Of a stretch of 64,000 nt of DNA, positions 34,222 through 44,252 are shown piece by piece. Each line of letters starts with the position of its first letter. Position 1 is the stretch's first letter. The stretch is from a virus. The stretch covers positions 1 to 64,000 of the IMG/VR virus record IMGVR_UViG_3300009182_000050. One strand, given 5' to 3'. Under the pieces are notes generated by a model that worked only from the letters and a program-made list of their open reading frames with translations, had not been told where the DNA came from and ran no database searches. A program made the position numbers and the translations under genes.

Positions 34222-34594
34222 TTACTACTCTTTTAATACCTGCGGAAGCAATTAGCTTTGTACATCCAGGGCAAGGTTGACCAGTTATGTAAAGAGTTGC
34301 CCCTAAAAGGTCGCTCCAGGAAGCCCGTAGAAGCGCGTTTGACTCTGCGTGGGTACTCCAACATAGGTCATATTGACCCTTTGCGTGTTCTGAAGTGGAG
34401 TCAAGTGCTCGTGGGCATTGACCTGTCGTACCACAAGAACGCTCATCTCCTGCTGGAGTTCCATTGTATCCTGTTGAAACAATCTTATGGTCTTTAACGA
34501 CTACTGCTCCGTGCTGAGCACGAACGCAATCTCCTCGTAAAGAAACTGCTTTGGCAATTCCTAAGTAGTAGTCATCCCAACTTGGACGATTCAC
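34214..34594 (-). CDS. dCMP deaminase
   Basis: RPSWDDY, TGYNG, HAESNA and PCPGC motifs. Confidence 0.92.
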   Translation of the reverse strand: MNRPSWDDYYLGIAKAVSLRGDCVRAQHGAVVVKDHKIVSTGYNGTPAGDERSCGTTGQCPRALDSTSEHAKGQYDLCWSTHAESNALLRASWSDLLGATLYITGQPCPGCTKLIASAGIKRVVNA

Positions 34595-34794
34595 TTTGAT
34601 TCAGCAGTAGGTACTGACTTGAGTCCACTTGACTCAACTTCTTTGACTTCAGTTAACTCATCTTCACTAATAAAAAGATTAACTAAACCTTTGAAGCATC
34701 CAATTACTGCAGCAATGCAGAACATAAATACAATAAAAAGTAGGCTGTAGGCAAACATAGTCCAGATAGCATCTACAACAACAGATAAACTCAT
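34591..34794 (-). CDS. Small membrane protein
   Basis: Hydrophobic N-terminal half. Confidence 0.6.
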   Translation of the reverse strand: MSLSVVVDAIWTMFAYSLLFIVFMFCIAAVIGCFKGLVNLFISEDELTEVKEVESSGLKSVPTAESK

Positions 34795-34890
34795 TGATTC
34801 CGCCCTTTCTAAGGCAATATAACATATAGACTTAAACTTAAGTGTATACGATAATTATGCCATAAAGCAAGCAAAACGCCCAATTAGAGC

Positions 34891-35010
34891 CTGTGGATAA
34901 CTTTTGACATTTTCCGGGCCTTAAAGCATTGCATCACAATGCAACAAAAGGGGGTAAAAAGTTGCATTGTGGTGCAACGCTACCAATTTCACAGGTTCTA
35001 CGCTACCAAT
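34891..35010. promoter_or_regulatory. DnaA box plus 17-bp inverted repeat plus 10-bp direct repeat
   Basis: TGTGGATAA at 34892-34900; arms 34929-34945 and 34961-34977; cgctaccaat at 34978 and 35001. Confidence 0.55.
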
Positions 35011-35016
35011 AGCACA

Positions 35017-35062
35017 AAAAGAACCGCCCCTCTACCGTAAGGATGAAGAGGGACGGTCTCTT
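35017..35062 (-). terminator. Intrinsic terminator of the CHAP gene
   Basis: aaccgcccctct...agagggacggtc hairpin with a minus-strand U tail. Confidence 0.65.
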
Positions 35063-35071
35063 ATGTCGGAA

Positions 35072-35809
35072 CTACTTGACGAGTGCTGCCCACGATTTAG
35101 GGCCAATGATGCCATCAGCGTTGCCGAACTTTGGATTTGCCTTTTGCCAAGCAACAACAGCCTTCTTGGTCACAGGACCATAAACGCCATCTGCCTTAAG
35201 CCCAAGAGCAGTTTGAATCAACTTAATATGTGCGCCCGACTCACCTGGGTCAATCGTCTCGCCGGGATAGTCTTTAGGACCTGGAGCCTTTTCAACCTTA
35301 GTAGCGATAGCAACGCCAAACTTAGGGCGACCAAAACCAACAATGCTGATATCAACGCCTTTCTTATTAGCCTTGAATCCCCGAACCTTTTTCTGAACCA
35401 TTCCACCATTACGCTGGTCACCAACGCGACCGGCAGTGTTGCCTTCAATGGTAGTTACAGTTCCGTCATTGTTATCCTTCACAACAATGCCAACATGCGA
35501 GATTCCAGTGAAACCATCTTCAGGGAAATCAAAATATACAATGTCACCCGGCTGGGGCTTAGCAACATCTGCATCTTCCCAAGACTTTGCTTTCTTAAAA
35601 GCGTCAGCACCTGCTGGAGTGTAAACAGTATTAGGAACTTTTACACCTGCCTGATTAGCGCACCACATAACAAAACTTCCACACCAAGGCTGGTAGTTAG
35701 CCTTTGTGAAAGCACCGTAGCGTGTTTGGTTTTCCTTTGGACCTTCAACGGTTCCAATTTCTTTTGTAGCAACTTCAATAAGTCGAGTTGCTGTACCTTG
35801 CTCTGCCAT
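35072..35809 (-). CDS. CHAP-domain peptidoglycan hydrolase with PG-binding domain
   Basis: PWCGSFV, HVGIV, IEGNT motifs; DGVYGP...DGIIGP. Confidence 0.9.
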   Translation of the reverse strand: MAEQGTATRLIEVATKEIGTVEGPKENQTRYGAFTKANYQPWCGSFVMWCANQAGVKVPNTVYTPAGADAFKKAKSWEDADVAKPQPGDIVYFDFPEDGFTGISHVGIVVKDNNDGTVTTIEGNTAGRVGDQRNGGMVQKKVRGFKANKKGVDISIVGFGRPKFGVAIATKVEKAPGPKDYPGETIDPGESGAHIKLIQTALGLKADGVYGPVTKKAVVAWQKANPKFGNADGIIGPKSWAALVK

Positions 35810-35885
35810 AAGACCTCTTCTTTGACTTCTTTGATTGATAAAACAATTTTATCTAATAATGAAAAAGGCTATTTTGAACATAGAA

Positions 35886-35913
35886 AAACCCCCCTAGAAA
35901 ACTAGAGGGGCTT
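35886..35913. terminator. Bidirectional terminator-like hairpin
   Basis: aaacccccctag-aaaa-ctagaggggcttt. Confidence 0.6.
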
Positions 35914-35930
35914 TATTATAAATCTAAAAC

Positions 35931-37049
35931 CTAATTTTCCGGGCCTTCTAGGTCTATAAACGGAACCCCTTTAGGTTCCCGAAGATTAGCCAGAATGTTT
36001 TTGAGGGGAAGGGATGCGATGTGGGAGGAGGAGTCAAGTGCCCCGAAGGAAACAAGAACCTTTCCATCTTTGATTGCTAGGCCGGCCGCAAACTCAATGG
36101 ATTTATTAAGGAAGTTAAACATCTCGGAGACTTTAATAACTTGACCTTTTTCATTGAACTGAATAAATCGGTGAACATATCTGCGACGGATTAGAGTCTC
36201 TTTTGTTAAAGATGCAAAACGAATTGTTTCAGTAGTTACAGTCTGATGAATGATTGCAAGCATTGTCCCATTATCAAGACCAATAACCTGTGAGCCACCT
36301 CTAATGGGTAAGTCATAGCCACCAATGGTTTTAAGTTCTTGGCCTTCAAGGTTGAAAGTCTTAGAGCAACTATAAATATAATCAAATGACACATCATCTG
36401 AATTAGTCAGACTTGGACGGTTAACTGGCATCCAGTTCTTTTCAACAGTTCCGTGATGGATTGGTGACTCAATTACAGTCATAGTTCCACCAACAGGTTT
36501 ACCACTAGATATATCAAGAGTTAAGTTACACATCTTAGCTACTGGAATTTTGTCAAACTCAAAAATGTTTGCGCTAATACGCAAAGTCTTCCCATCGTGG
36601 TAAAGGCGACCATCTTCAATTCCACGGAAAAGTTTAATACCAGTCTCTTCCTCAAACTTAGCGTAAGTACCTGACAAATCTACTTCTTGCATATTGCTAA
36701 TAGTTAAAGTTGTTGGATTTAACTTTGCAATAAACATCTTATTTTGGAATAGCTTTTCGCTACCTAATTGAGCATTGATATAAGCATTGACATACCACTC
36801 AGATGGTTCATCATAAGAATCAGCAGTAGTGAGTTCTTCTCCAAGAGGTGTTTGCCACTCTGGTCTATGGTCTTTTAGAACAGCATTTGCAGAGCGAAAC
36901 AATACAAGATAACCGTGCTCTTCTGTATAACATACAGAAGGGTTAAAAGCAGACCATACTGGTTCATCGCAGAAGCGAGCAATCTGCTTTATTTTTGCTC
37001 CCAGCAAATCTACAATCGTAGGAATGTTTTTTGGGTAATCTACTGTCAT
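35931..37049 (-). CDS. Beta-propeller glycosidase-like hypothetical protein
   Basis: FNPS, GIEDGRL, EKNWMP, RGGSQ, YVHRF and IEFAAGL motifs. Confidence 0.6.
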   Translation of the reverse strand: MTVDYPKNIPTIVDLLGAKIKQIARFCDEPVWSAFNPSVCYTEEHGYLVLFRSANAVLKDHRPEWQTPLGEELTTADSYDEPSEWYVNAYINAQLGSEKLFQNKMFIAKLNPTTLTISNMQEVDLSGTYAKFEEETGIKLFRGIEDGRLYHDGKTLRISANIFEFDKIPVAKMCNLTLDISSGKPVGGTMTVIESPIHHGTVEKNWMPVNRPSLTNSDDVSFDYIYSCSKTFNLEGQELKTIGGYDLPIRGGSQVIGLDNGTMLAIIHQTVTTETIRFASLTKETLIRRRYVHRFIQFNEKGQVIKVSEMFNFLNKSIEFAAGLAIKDGKVLVSFGALDSSSHIASLPLKNILANLREPKGVPFIDLEGPEN

Positions 37050-37132
37050 AAAAGAACAGTAACATAACTAAGTTGTATTCTTATAAACAAACACGATTTT
37101 GATTTTGTCACCCTCTATGATAGGATTGATTT

Positions 37133-37420
37133 ATGGGACGTAAAAAGAAAGAACTTAATAATGTTCAATCAGCGCATCCGACATGGGTAGTATCTGATAA
37201 AATTCAAATCAACGGAAGAACCGTTACAGTAGGGACAGAACTATCTATCCGTGGAGAATCTGGAAGATTCCGATTCATTAAACACGTCAGGACTCCAGAC
37301 AGCGAATGGGTAGATGTTATTGGTGGAAAGAAAAACTACGAAATGTGGCGGTCTTTTGCTATGGAAAACATAAAAACAGTTCACCGACTGAATCGGACTA
37401 AACAGAATTCTGAGAGTTAA
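37133..37420 (+). CDS. Small SH3-like basic protein
   Basis: GESGRFRFIKHV...WVDVIG; leaderless start. Confidence 0.65.
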   Translation: MGRKKKELNNVQSAHPTWVVSDKIQINGRTVTVGTELSIRGESGRFRFIKHVRTPDSEWVDVIGGKKNYEMWRSFAMENIKTVHRLNRTKQNSES

Positions 37421-37421
37421 G

Positions 37422-37928
37422 ATGACACCTCAAGAGACTTTACTAGCCACCGCTAGAGAAGAAATTGGCTATACCTCTGGAGACAATAGCGATAACAAGT
37501 ATGGTAAATGGTATGGGTTAAATAATCAGCCCTACTCAGCAATGTTTGTGTCTTGGTGCTTTGCCAAGTATGGGTTGAGTTCTGCAGTAAACGCCACAAC
37601 TGAAAAAGGATTCTCTTCACCCAAGAGTGGCTATGAGTGGTTTAAGAATAATAATAGATTAGTAGAAAAGGCTCAGCCAGGAGATTTAGTATTCCTTGCC
37701 TTTAACTCATTACACCCAAACCATATTGGAATTGTAGAGAAAGTTCTTTATACCAAGTTTATGGGGTTCAAAGTTCCTTGCGCTATCAAAACAATTGAAG
37801 CAAATGTTTGTAAGCCGCTGGGTAGAGCTGAAGGTGTCTTCACTCGTGTACGTCATTTAGGTGAAGATACACACATCATTGGAATTGCTCGACCGGAGTG
37901 GGAACCTAAGCCCCTATCGGAGAACTAG
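37422..37928 (+). CDS. CHAP-like protein with catalytic Cys replaced by Ser
   Basis: QPYSAMFVSWC, PGDLVF, HIGIV and IEAN motifs. Confidence 0.8.
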   Translation: MTPQETLLATAREEIGYTSGDNSDNKYGKWYGLNNQPYSAMFVSWCFAKYGLSSAVNATTEKGFSSPKSGYEWFKNNNRLVEKAQPGDLVFLAFNSLHPNHIGIVEKVLYTKFMGFKVPCAIKTIEANVCKPLGRAEGVFTRVRHLGEDTHIIGIARPEWEPKPLSEN

Positions 37929-38164
37929 TCTTCTAGTAAAGTCTCGTATATGTCCTTGCACTCTGGACAAGTCTGATAGTTTTCTGGATTGCGAGATGGA
38001 ACCCAAATCTTTCCACAAAGAGCCATAATAGGAGTTCCGTTGATTAGTGCTTCAGTAATCTCATCTTTAGGAGCGTAGTGAGCAAACATATCGTGGTCAC
38101 CATTATCGGTGTTGATATGAGTTTCTGTATCTAATTGGATACCTGAACCAAGTAAGGGTTTCAA
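37925..38164 (-). CDS. DUF3039-family protein
   Basis: GDHDMFAHY, ALCGKIWVP and CPECK motifs. Confidence 0.88.
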   Translation of the reverse strand: MKPLLGSGIQLDTETHINTDNGDHDMFAHYAPKDEITEALINGTPIMALCGKIWVPSRNPENYQTCPECKDIYETLLED

Positions 38165-38832
38165 AAGTTATGTCCTAACACTATTGGAATATGTTGATAA
38201 GAAAATCTCTTACACATATCTTCATAAATAATACCATCTGCTTCTTCTTTAGTAGAATACCAGAATCCAACTTCTTTCCAGATATCTTTATGAGCCACTA
38301 GTTGCATTGCATCAATGCCCCCACCTGCAGCAGTACCTCCACGGATTGGAGGGTTACCTGTCCAAGGACTATCCATAGCGTAAATTGGTTGACTGAGAGG
38401 CCATATCTTCCAATGATAAATTTGAAAGATTATTATATTCTTTTCAAACTCATCTATGGCATCACTAATTATTTGAAAAGCTTCAGGTAAAAATTCGTTA
38501 TCTATATTGTGTTGAATATAGTAGTCACCAAGATTATTTTCATATGCATAACGCATAGCGTAATCAGAAGATGTATGTCCCCAAACTCCGTGATGCTCTG
38601 GAGTATTTATAATATAAGGTTCTATACCTAGTTCTTTGAAGTCAATGCCTTCTTCTTCATAAGTCTTTTCTTTTGGACCGTCATGGCAGATAACAACATT
38701 AAAATCTTTGAAAGTTTGATTACCTAAAGAAGCAAGACCTCTACGGATACTTGTAGAAGTTATCTCATTTGAATTATGTTCTCTAGGGACATGATATTCA
38801 TAGTCTTTAGAAATCACACAAAAGCGAGTCAC
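38161..38832 (-). CDS. GT2-like glycosyltransferase
   Basis: NQTFKDF..CHDGP, HNIDN, IDAMQ and ADG motifs. Confidence 0.75.
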   Translation of the reverse strand: MTRFCVISKDYEYHVPREHNSNEITSTSIRRGLASLGNQTFKDFNVVICHDGPKEKTYEEEGIDFKELGIEPYIINTPEHHGVWGHTSSDYAMRYAYENNLGDYYIQHNIDNEFLPEAFQIISDAIDEFEKNIIIFQIYHWKIWPLSQPIYAMDSPWTGNPPIRGGTAAGGGIDAMQLVAHKDIWKEVGFWYSTKEEADGIIYEDMCKRFSYQHIPIVLGHNF

Positions 38833-39023
38833 TAGACTCCAAACTCTTTTCTTCGTTCATTAGCGTAGAACCCACCAGCACGGAAAGTAACTGGAGTAGA
38901 TTCAAAAACGCGCTTAAGTTCCGCGTCACACTCTGGGCACTTAAAAACCTGCTGGTCTTCGTGAATTGAACGAACCTCTATATAGGTATGTCCGTTCTCA
39001 CAGATGAATTCATAACTAGGCAT
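38832..39023 (-). CDS. FmdB-family zinc ribbon protein
   Basis: MPSYEFIC...CPEC...GGFY; true start at 39023. Confidence 0.85.
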   Translation of the reverse strand: MPSYEFICENGHTYIEVRSIHEDQQVFKCPECDAELKRVFESTPVTFRAGGFYANERRKEFGV

Positions 39024-39867
39024 CAAGATTCTCCTCTGCTTTTGCTTTCTCAATCTCTTCGTCAATATCGCCATAATCAACAAAGCAGTTACATCCACCA
39101 ATATCAAACTCGTCAACAGTCGCTGGATTCTCTTGATTACGAATACGAAGTTCCTCAAGAGATAAATTCTTTTTAACACCCTTGACTTGTTCTTTTAATA
39201 TAGTCACATCTTTACCCAAGAACTCTTGAATCTCTTTTTCTTTTGCTTCCCATACTGCGTAACGCTCTGGCATAATCTGCAAAAGTTGTTTGAACTGACC
39301 TTGACCTGCACGCACGCAACCACCACCGCAATTGTTGTGTGAAAACCCTAAGTCATACAAGCGAGGAGTTTCAATACCTTCACTTTGGGCCCACTCAATT
39401 AATTGCTTCTTGTCAAGAAAAGGAGCATCAGTCAACGGTGCTTTTGCTGTGTAAGGAAGATAGTTATTGACAATAGCCGGTAGACGGTGAGTCTCTGACC
39501 AGTCAATACCTACATAAACAATAGTTTCCTCTGGTGGACAATTCTCCACAAGCCATTTACGCGCTGGCTTCTGCTTCAACTCGTGAGAGCACGAAGCTAA
39601 ACGAGAGTTCCCAAGGAAACGCTTATCCTTGAAAACTTGCCAGATGTCACGACCATCACGGAGTATTACAAGAGTTCCGCCAACATTCTTGGCAGCATCT
39701 TCAATGAAACGATAAGTATCCTCATCTTCGCCAACATGAGGGTCGTCAGTAAAACCCTTGACATCGCTAAATAGTAGATACAAATCTTTAGTCCCATACT
39801 GCTCAGCAACTCGCTTGGCACAAGCCCAAGAGCCAATACCACCGCTAAACATAACGACGTGTTTCAT
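39016..39867 (-). CDS. PAPS-reductase-like (adenine nucleotide alpha hydrolase) protein
   Basis: FSGG..S, EDEDTYRF, CSHELK, HNNCGGGCV and GGCNCF motifs. Confidence 0.8.
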   Translation of the reverse strand: MKHVVMFSGGIGSWACAKRVAEQYGTKDLYLLFSDVKGFTDDPHVGEDEDTYRFIEDAAKNVGGTLVILRDGRDIWQVFKDKRFLGNSRLASCSHELKQKPARKWLVENCPPEETIVYVGIDWSETHRLPAIVNNYLPYTAKAPLTDAPFLDKKQLIEWAQSEGIETPRLYDLGFSHNNCGGGCVRAGQGQFKQLLQIMPERYAVWEAKEKEIQEFLGKDVTILKEQVKGVKKNLSLEELRIRNQENPATVDEFDIGGCNCFVDYGDIDEEIEKAKAEENLDA

Positions 39868-39877
39868 TGTTTGTCCT

Positions 39878-41938
39878 TTATTTGTCTTTTGTATTCTCAG
39901 TGATTAGTTTAATCTCACAAGCGTCAGTTGTGCAATACGCCTCACCAATAGCATCGGCTGCCATACCTGCATAAACACCTGAGAAATCAATTGGGAACAA
40001 CTTAAGTTCGCCCTCTTCACGGTACTCATCTTCGGTAATCTGCGTGTAAGGCATCTGAGGATAAGTGAAGTTGCCAGACGGTAGAAATGAGACCGTCTTC
40101 AACTGACCGTCATACATATGAAGAACAGTACCAACGTGCTCTGCTTCAGTCTCTGGGTCAAATGAGATTGTCACGGATACAGAGTTGTCTGACCAATAAC
40201 GCTGTGCAGTCGCTGCAAGTGACATCTTCTCAAAGATTGTTACATCGCGTTCTGCACGCTCTGCATCAGACTTGATTGGGAAGAATACTACTGAGGTAGT
40301 ATCTGGAGATTCACTGGCTGGTTCAACTCGGTAGTTCGCCATTTTGAAAAGTGGGAGCATAGGGTCAGAATTTGCAAAGCGTATTGCTCGGTTGAAGAAC
40401 TTTCCACCTGGTGTCCAATGAACGCCGGGCGATTCACCAGCAAGGATTGATACTGTTCCTGAAGGCTTAACGGTTGTTGTCTTGATTGATTCACGAATAC
40501 CTAACCACTCTGAGTAAGTACTGTCGTATGACTGAACTGTATTGTATCCGGCATCCATCCACTCACGAAGAATTGGAAGACCATTAATGTCAGCAAAATT
40601 TGCTACGCCAGACATAGAAGTTCCGATGCGACGGTTGCGTTGCATAATTGCGTTTGTTTGTTCCCAGTGGGTTGGAAGAAGAGTTACAGTCTTAGCGTAG
40701 AGATAAGCAAACTTTAGAGTGCGCTTGTAGTCTTCAACACTCTCGTGACGATTGAGATAAGTCTCAACCAGTGTGCACATTTCGTAAGACTCTAGTGACT
40801 GCTCAGCACAAGGGTTGTATCCCATAATGCGATGGTCTTTGTTATTCTCTGGGTCAGCAAGACGACCATACTTCTTAGAGATATCCATCCAGATAACGCC
40901 CGGCTCACCGTTGCGAGCAATACCATCAACAATGTTTGACAAGTCCTTGCCAACTTCAACAGCAACAGAATTGTTTGACATCCAACCCCAGCCCGGAGCC
41001 TCTGCATCATATGAGTTGCGCTCAGGGAATACTTCAGCGTTCTTCAGGTTAAGGAAGTCTGGGTCATCAATAGAACCAATTAAGAGTTCTGCAGAGCGAC
41101 GAACATTTCCAGATACGACACATACACCAATGAGATTACCAATATCAGCAATATCCCTTTTCGTAACAAGTTCACCAGCACGCCCCTTGAATAGTTTGCG
41201 AATGTAATTATGTAGACGCTCAAGTGGAGCGTGACCTGCAGCCGTTCCACCAAAGGTAGCAATAGGTTCACCCTCTGGACGAATCGCTGAGTAATCAAAT
41301 TCGTAAGTTGATTGCTCTGACTTTAGGTAAGAGTTAATAAGTGCAACGGTTGATTCAACCCAACCCTCACGAGTATCTGGGATAGCAAAAACTTCTACAT
41401 CAGCCTTAGGTGCGTAGATAGTGAATTCCTTTTCAGCACCTTTATCATCAAAGCCCACACCAACACCAAGCATTGACGCTTCCATCAAGAAAGCAAATGG
41501 GGCCGCTGGATTGTTCTTGTTCATCTCAAGTGTAGAAACAAAAGCACAGTTCTGAAGAGCAGCTGAGTTCTTTTGAACATTGACAATAGGAGTTCCCATA
41601 ACCCAGAGTCCACGACCGGGAGGAGTCCACTTCAGATTGAACAGACGGTCAAATGCTTCCTTAGCAGAAGCGGAAGCCTTAGCATCAGACCACGGAAGAC
41701 GGTTTGTCTTGCAGTGCTCTTTCTGAAGTGAGTACATACCATTGATGACTCGCTCACAAACATCTACCCAAGTTTCTTTAGTTCCATCTTCCTTCTTGCG
41801 TGAGTAAGTACGCAGGAAAGTAATCTCACCTACAGAGTTTCCAGCAGCGTCACGATAACCAAACGGTGCTTTCTTATCCTTGTAGGAAGCAACAAATTCT
41901 TCGTTGAGACGGAAAGCAAACTGGACAGAAGTAGACAT
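39878..41938 (-). CDS. nrdJ: Class II (B12-dependent) ribonucleoside-triphosphate reductase
   Basis: PPGRGLW, NCAF, GNVRRSA, NPCAEQ, VKPSGT and C-terminal CTTDAC motifs. Confidence 0.95.
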   Translation of the reverse strand: MSTSVQFAFRLNEEFVASYKDKKAPFGYRDAAGNSVGEITFLRTYSRKKEDGTKETWVDVCERVINGMYSLQKEHCKTNRLPWSDAKASASAKEAFDRLFNLKWTPPGRGLWVMGTPIVNVQKNSAALQNCAFVSTLEMNKNNPAAPFAFLMEASMLGVGVGFDDKGAEKEFTIYAPKADVEVFAIPDTREGWVESTVALINSYLKSEQSTYEFDYSAIRPEGEPIATFGGTAAGHAPLERLHNYIRKLFKGRAGELVTKRDIADIGNLIGVCVVSGNVRRSAELLIGSIDDPDFLNLKNAEVFPERNSYDAEAPGWGWMSNNSVAVEVGKDLSNIVDGIARNGEPGVIWMDISKKYGRLADPENNKDHRIMGYNPCAEQSLESYEMCTLVETYLNRHESVEDYKRTLKFAYLYAKTVTLLPTHWEQTNAIMQRNRRIGTSMSGVANFADINGLPILREWMDAGYNTVQSYDSTYSEWLGIRESIKTTTVKPSGTVSILAGESPGVHWTPGGKFFNRAIRFANSDPMLPLFKMANYRVEPASESPDTTSVVFFPIKSDAERAERDVTIFEKMSLAATAQRYWSDNSVSVTISFDPETEAEHVGTVLHMYDGQLKTVSFLPSGNFTYPQMPYTQITEDEYREEGELKLFPIDFSGVYAGMAADAIGEAYCTTDACEIKLITENTKDK

Positions 41939-42155
41939 AAATTAATCCCTAAAAGTTGATTGGTATTTAGAACAGAACTCAAATACTAGCACTTCATACC
42001 TTAGGGGTATTTGATTGGAGTAGCAAGTACTACTTTACTTTTTATATTTTTGTCCATAAAACTAAGAACTAACAACATCAGTATTTGCTTAGGTACTTAA
42101 AACAAACTGTTCTAATTTATTAAGCATATTTTCTTTGTAGCAAATACTGTCTAAC

Positions 42156-42389
42156 TTACTGAGAATCTCTAACACTTTTTCGCAAGTAAATACGTTCCTT
42201 ATCTATGCGTTCAATCTCTGCAAGAATGACATCTTTATCTAAACCAGTGTCGCGAATAATCTCTTTCAAAAAACTATCTTGAAGACTGTGAACTATGCTC
42301 GCATAAAATCCAACAGACATATAGCTTTGCAAAGAAAGATAAGCGTGGACAATACCTAAAGAATATTCGTTAAGGATTTCACTAGACAT
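42156..42389 (-). CDS. Hypothetical protein
   Basis: ORF downstream of the HAD phosphatase. Confidence 0.5.
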   Translation of the reverse strand: MSSEILNEYSLGIVHAYLSLQSYMSVGFYASIVHSLQDSFLKEIIRDTGLDKDVILAEIERIDKERIYLRKSVRDSQ

Positions 42390-42394
42390 AGATA

Positions 42395-42820
42395 CTAAAA
42401 ATCTCCTGGCTGAACTTGAAGACACTTCAAGCCAATCTCTCGCCACATATCTACAACTTGATTACGGTCATCAAAAACACAAAGCACATCATAAAGAGGT
42501 TCAATAAAGCGTTCATAAATCTCACGCTTAACAATTGAATCTTCACGAAAATCTTTAGAGCCTCGCATAAAAAGTTTTACATAAGGAGGACAGTGAAGAC
42601 GAAGCCACTCGCTGGTGACATCTTGCGAATCATCATTGCGACCGGACACAATGAGAATCTTGTAGCCCTGAAGCCATAAACATTTAATAACTTCAATCAC
42701 TGCTGTATCTGCTGCATCTGTATGAGCCTTCTCATACTCAAACCAGTCACGGTCTACGCGGTGAGCAACCGTGCCATCAATATCAACAATGATTGCTTTT
42801 TCTCTCTTCACGATTCCCAC
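42395..42820 (-). CDS. HAD-family polynucleotide 3'-phosphatase (PNK phosphatase domain)
   Basis: DIDGT, SGR, FDDR...GDF motifs. Confidence 0.88.
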   Translation of the reverse strand: MGIVKREKAIIVDIDGTVAHRVDRDWFEYEKAHTDAADTAVIEVIKCLWLQGYKILIVSGRNDDSQDVTSEWLRLHCPPYVKLFMRGSKDFREDSIVKREIYERFIEPLYDVLCVFDDRNQVVDMWREIGLKCLQVQPGDF

Positions 42821-42905
42821 TCACATTTCTTACAGCCATCGCCATACGCTTTGTTATGTTCACAATACCAAAGTGGTTCATCGTCTAAAACTTCAGTGCT
42901 CATCT

Positions 42906-43322
42906 TTATTCTCCTGATGCGTAACTAAACCAAGCGTCAATAAACTCTTGGAAAGTTCTACCTTTAATATCTTGCGTAGGACCTGACTCAGTTAAAAGTT
43001 CGTAGTAGTAAACCTGCCTTGTGCTGGTGTCACCATAACCAAGAATAACCGTAAAGTCTTCCTTACAGCCTAAAGCTGCTAGTGCTTTCATCTGACCGGA
43101 TAGACGATTAACTTTTGGAACATCTCCCTGACCATCCCAGTGCTTCATCTCCACAACAAGAAAATGACTCCTACGCTCAGCAAAGAAAGGAGTGAACCCA
43201 TCCATATCTGACATAGTGCATTTGTTGCCCCAGTTCTCAGTGAAGCCCCACTCATCCCATAACCAGGTGTTACGAAGATGAGCGTTCATATCTCGCATAT
43301 AGTGTGTATCGTCATTTGTCAT
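42906..43322 (-). CDS. Hypothetical protein (PD-(D/E)XK-like)
   Basis: SDMDG...LVVEMK. Confidence 0.55.
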   Translation of the reverse strand: MTNDDTHYMRDMNAHLRNTWLWDEWGFTENWGNKCTMSDMDGFTPFFAERRSHFLVVEMKHWDGQGDVPKVNRLSGQMKALAALGCKEDFTVILGYGDTSTRQVYYYELLTESGPTQDIKGRTFQEFIDAWFSYASGE

Positions 43323-43542
43323 TTGTTTTTATCTTTCTTCTCCACTGTCTAAATGATTTAATATAAACAATTGAATATGCAACTGCCATAAAAATAAAAC
43401 CATACTGCTTGGTCACTATTGAATAGACAATCCAGATGCACTCATTTACTAAGAGGACAAGCCAACCCCAAACGGTCTGTCTACCGACAAAAAAGATTCC
43501 AGTTACACCAATGATGCCTAGTACATAAGACCAATATGTCAT
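43312..43542 (-). CDS. PnuC-like small membrane protein
   Basis: WSYVLG, WGW, WIVYS..KQYGF; three TM helices. Confidence 0.65.
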   Translation of the reverse strand: MTYWSYVLGIIGVTGIFFVGRQTVWGWLVLLVNECIWIVYSIVTKQYGFIFMAVAYSIVYIKSFRQWRRKIKTNDK

Positions 43543-43773
43543 TGCTTTTTCTTTTTATTATTTAAGTAGTTAACTAGATTCACAATAGAATTCAATGCAA
43601 CAAAAAATAAAATAAGTACCTCTGTGACGGTTGATGCTAGTTTCATTTTTTATCCTTCTTATTTTTGTGTTCTCTATAGTCTTCCCAAACCATAATAGTC
43701 ATAGAGATAAACAAGCAAGCATAAGCAATCGCTAAACCTGCACAGATAATCCCGCCAAGAATATTGTCCCAAG

Positions 43774-44004
43774 TCATCTTGGAAAATTCTTTAACGCGTT
43801 TTCGTTGACTTCTGCCCACCACTTTTTAATAGCTTTTCTTGTTCTCCAGTTAGAGATAAAAGATTTCATCCAGTTAGATTCCCATCTGTCATACTGCTCT
43901 TGATTCATTGAGTCTGCTTGCTTCTGTCCAAGAGGACAACTTCTACACCGAATTGCGTAAGCCTTACCGTGAATACAAAACCAAAGTTCTGGGTCTTTAA
44001 TCAT
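43774..44004 (-). CDS. Hypothetical protein
   Basis: CIHG..CRSC; coupled to neighbours. Confidence 0.55.
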   Translation of the reverse strand: MIKDPELWFCIHGKAYAIRCRSCPLGQKQADSMNQEQYDRWESNWMKSFISNWRTRKAIKKWWAEVNENALKNFPR

Positions 44005-44252
44005 CAGTCACCAAAATCAAACTGTAAAGTTTCAGGAATATCTAAAGTTTCCTCTATATAGATACCATCTACAATCTTTCGGGTATCACAAGGAAACTGA
44101 GCATTGTGTTCAGGATTCTTGGGGTCACGACAAATAATGCACCAATCATAAAACTGCTGATGCATCTCTCGGATTTTTTGAATAATCTCTTCATTCTTTT
44201 GAGCTTTGTAAATATCAAGCCACTTCTTTGTATAGTCTGGAGGCAGAGTCAT
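44004..44252 (-). CDS. Hypothetical zinc-binding protein
   Basis: IREMH...CIIC...FPCDT; paralogous to 44564-44776. Confidence 0.6.
   Translation of the reverse strand: MTLPPDYTKKWLDIYKAQKNEEIIQKIREMHQQFYDWCIICRDPKNPEHNAQFPCDTRKIVDGIYIEETLDIPETLQFDFGD

Noticed and set aside
34967-35905. 312-aa plus-strand ORF
   Set aside because: It is antisense to the clear CHAP gene, with no SD and no recognisable motifs.
41940-42150. Cobalamin riboswitch or NrdR box upstream of nrdJ
   Set aside because: No B12 box; the best NrdR-like 16-mer mismatches the conserved centre. Only an 8-bp hairpin is present.
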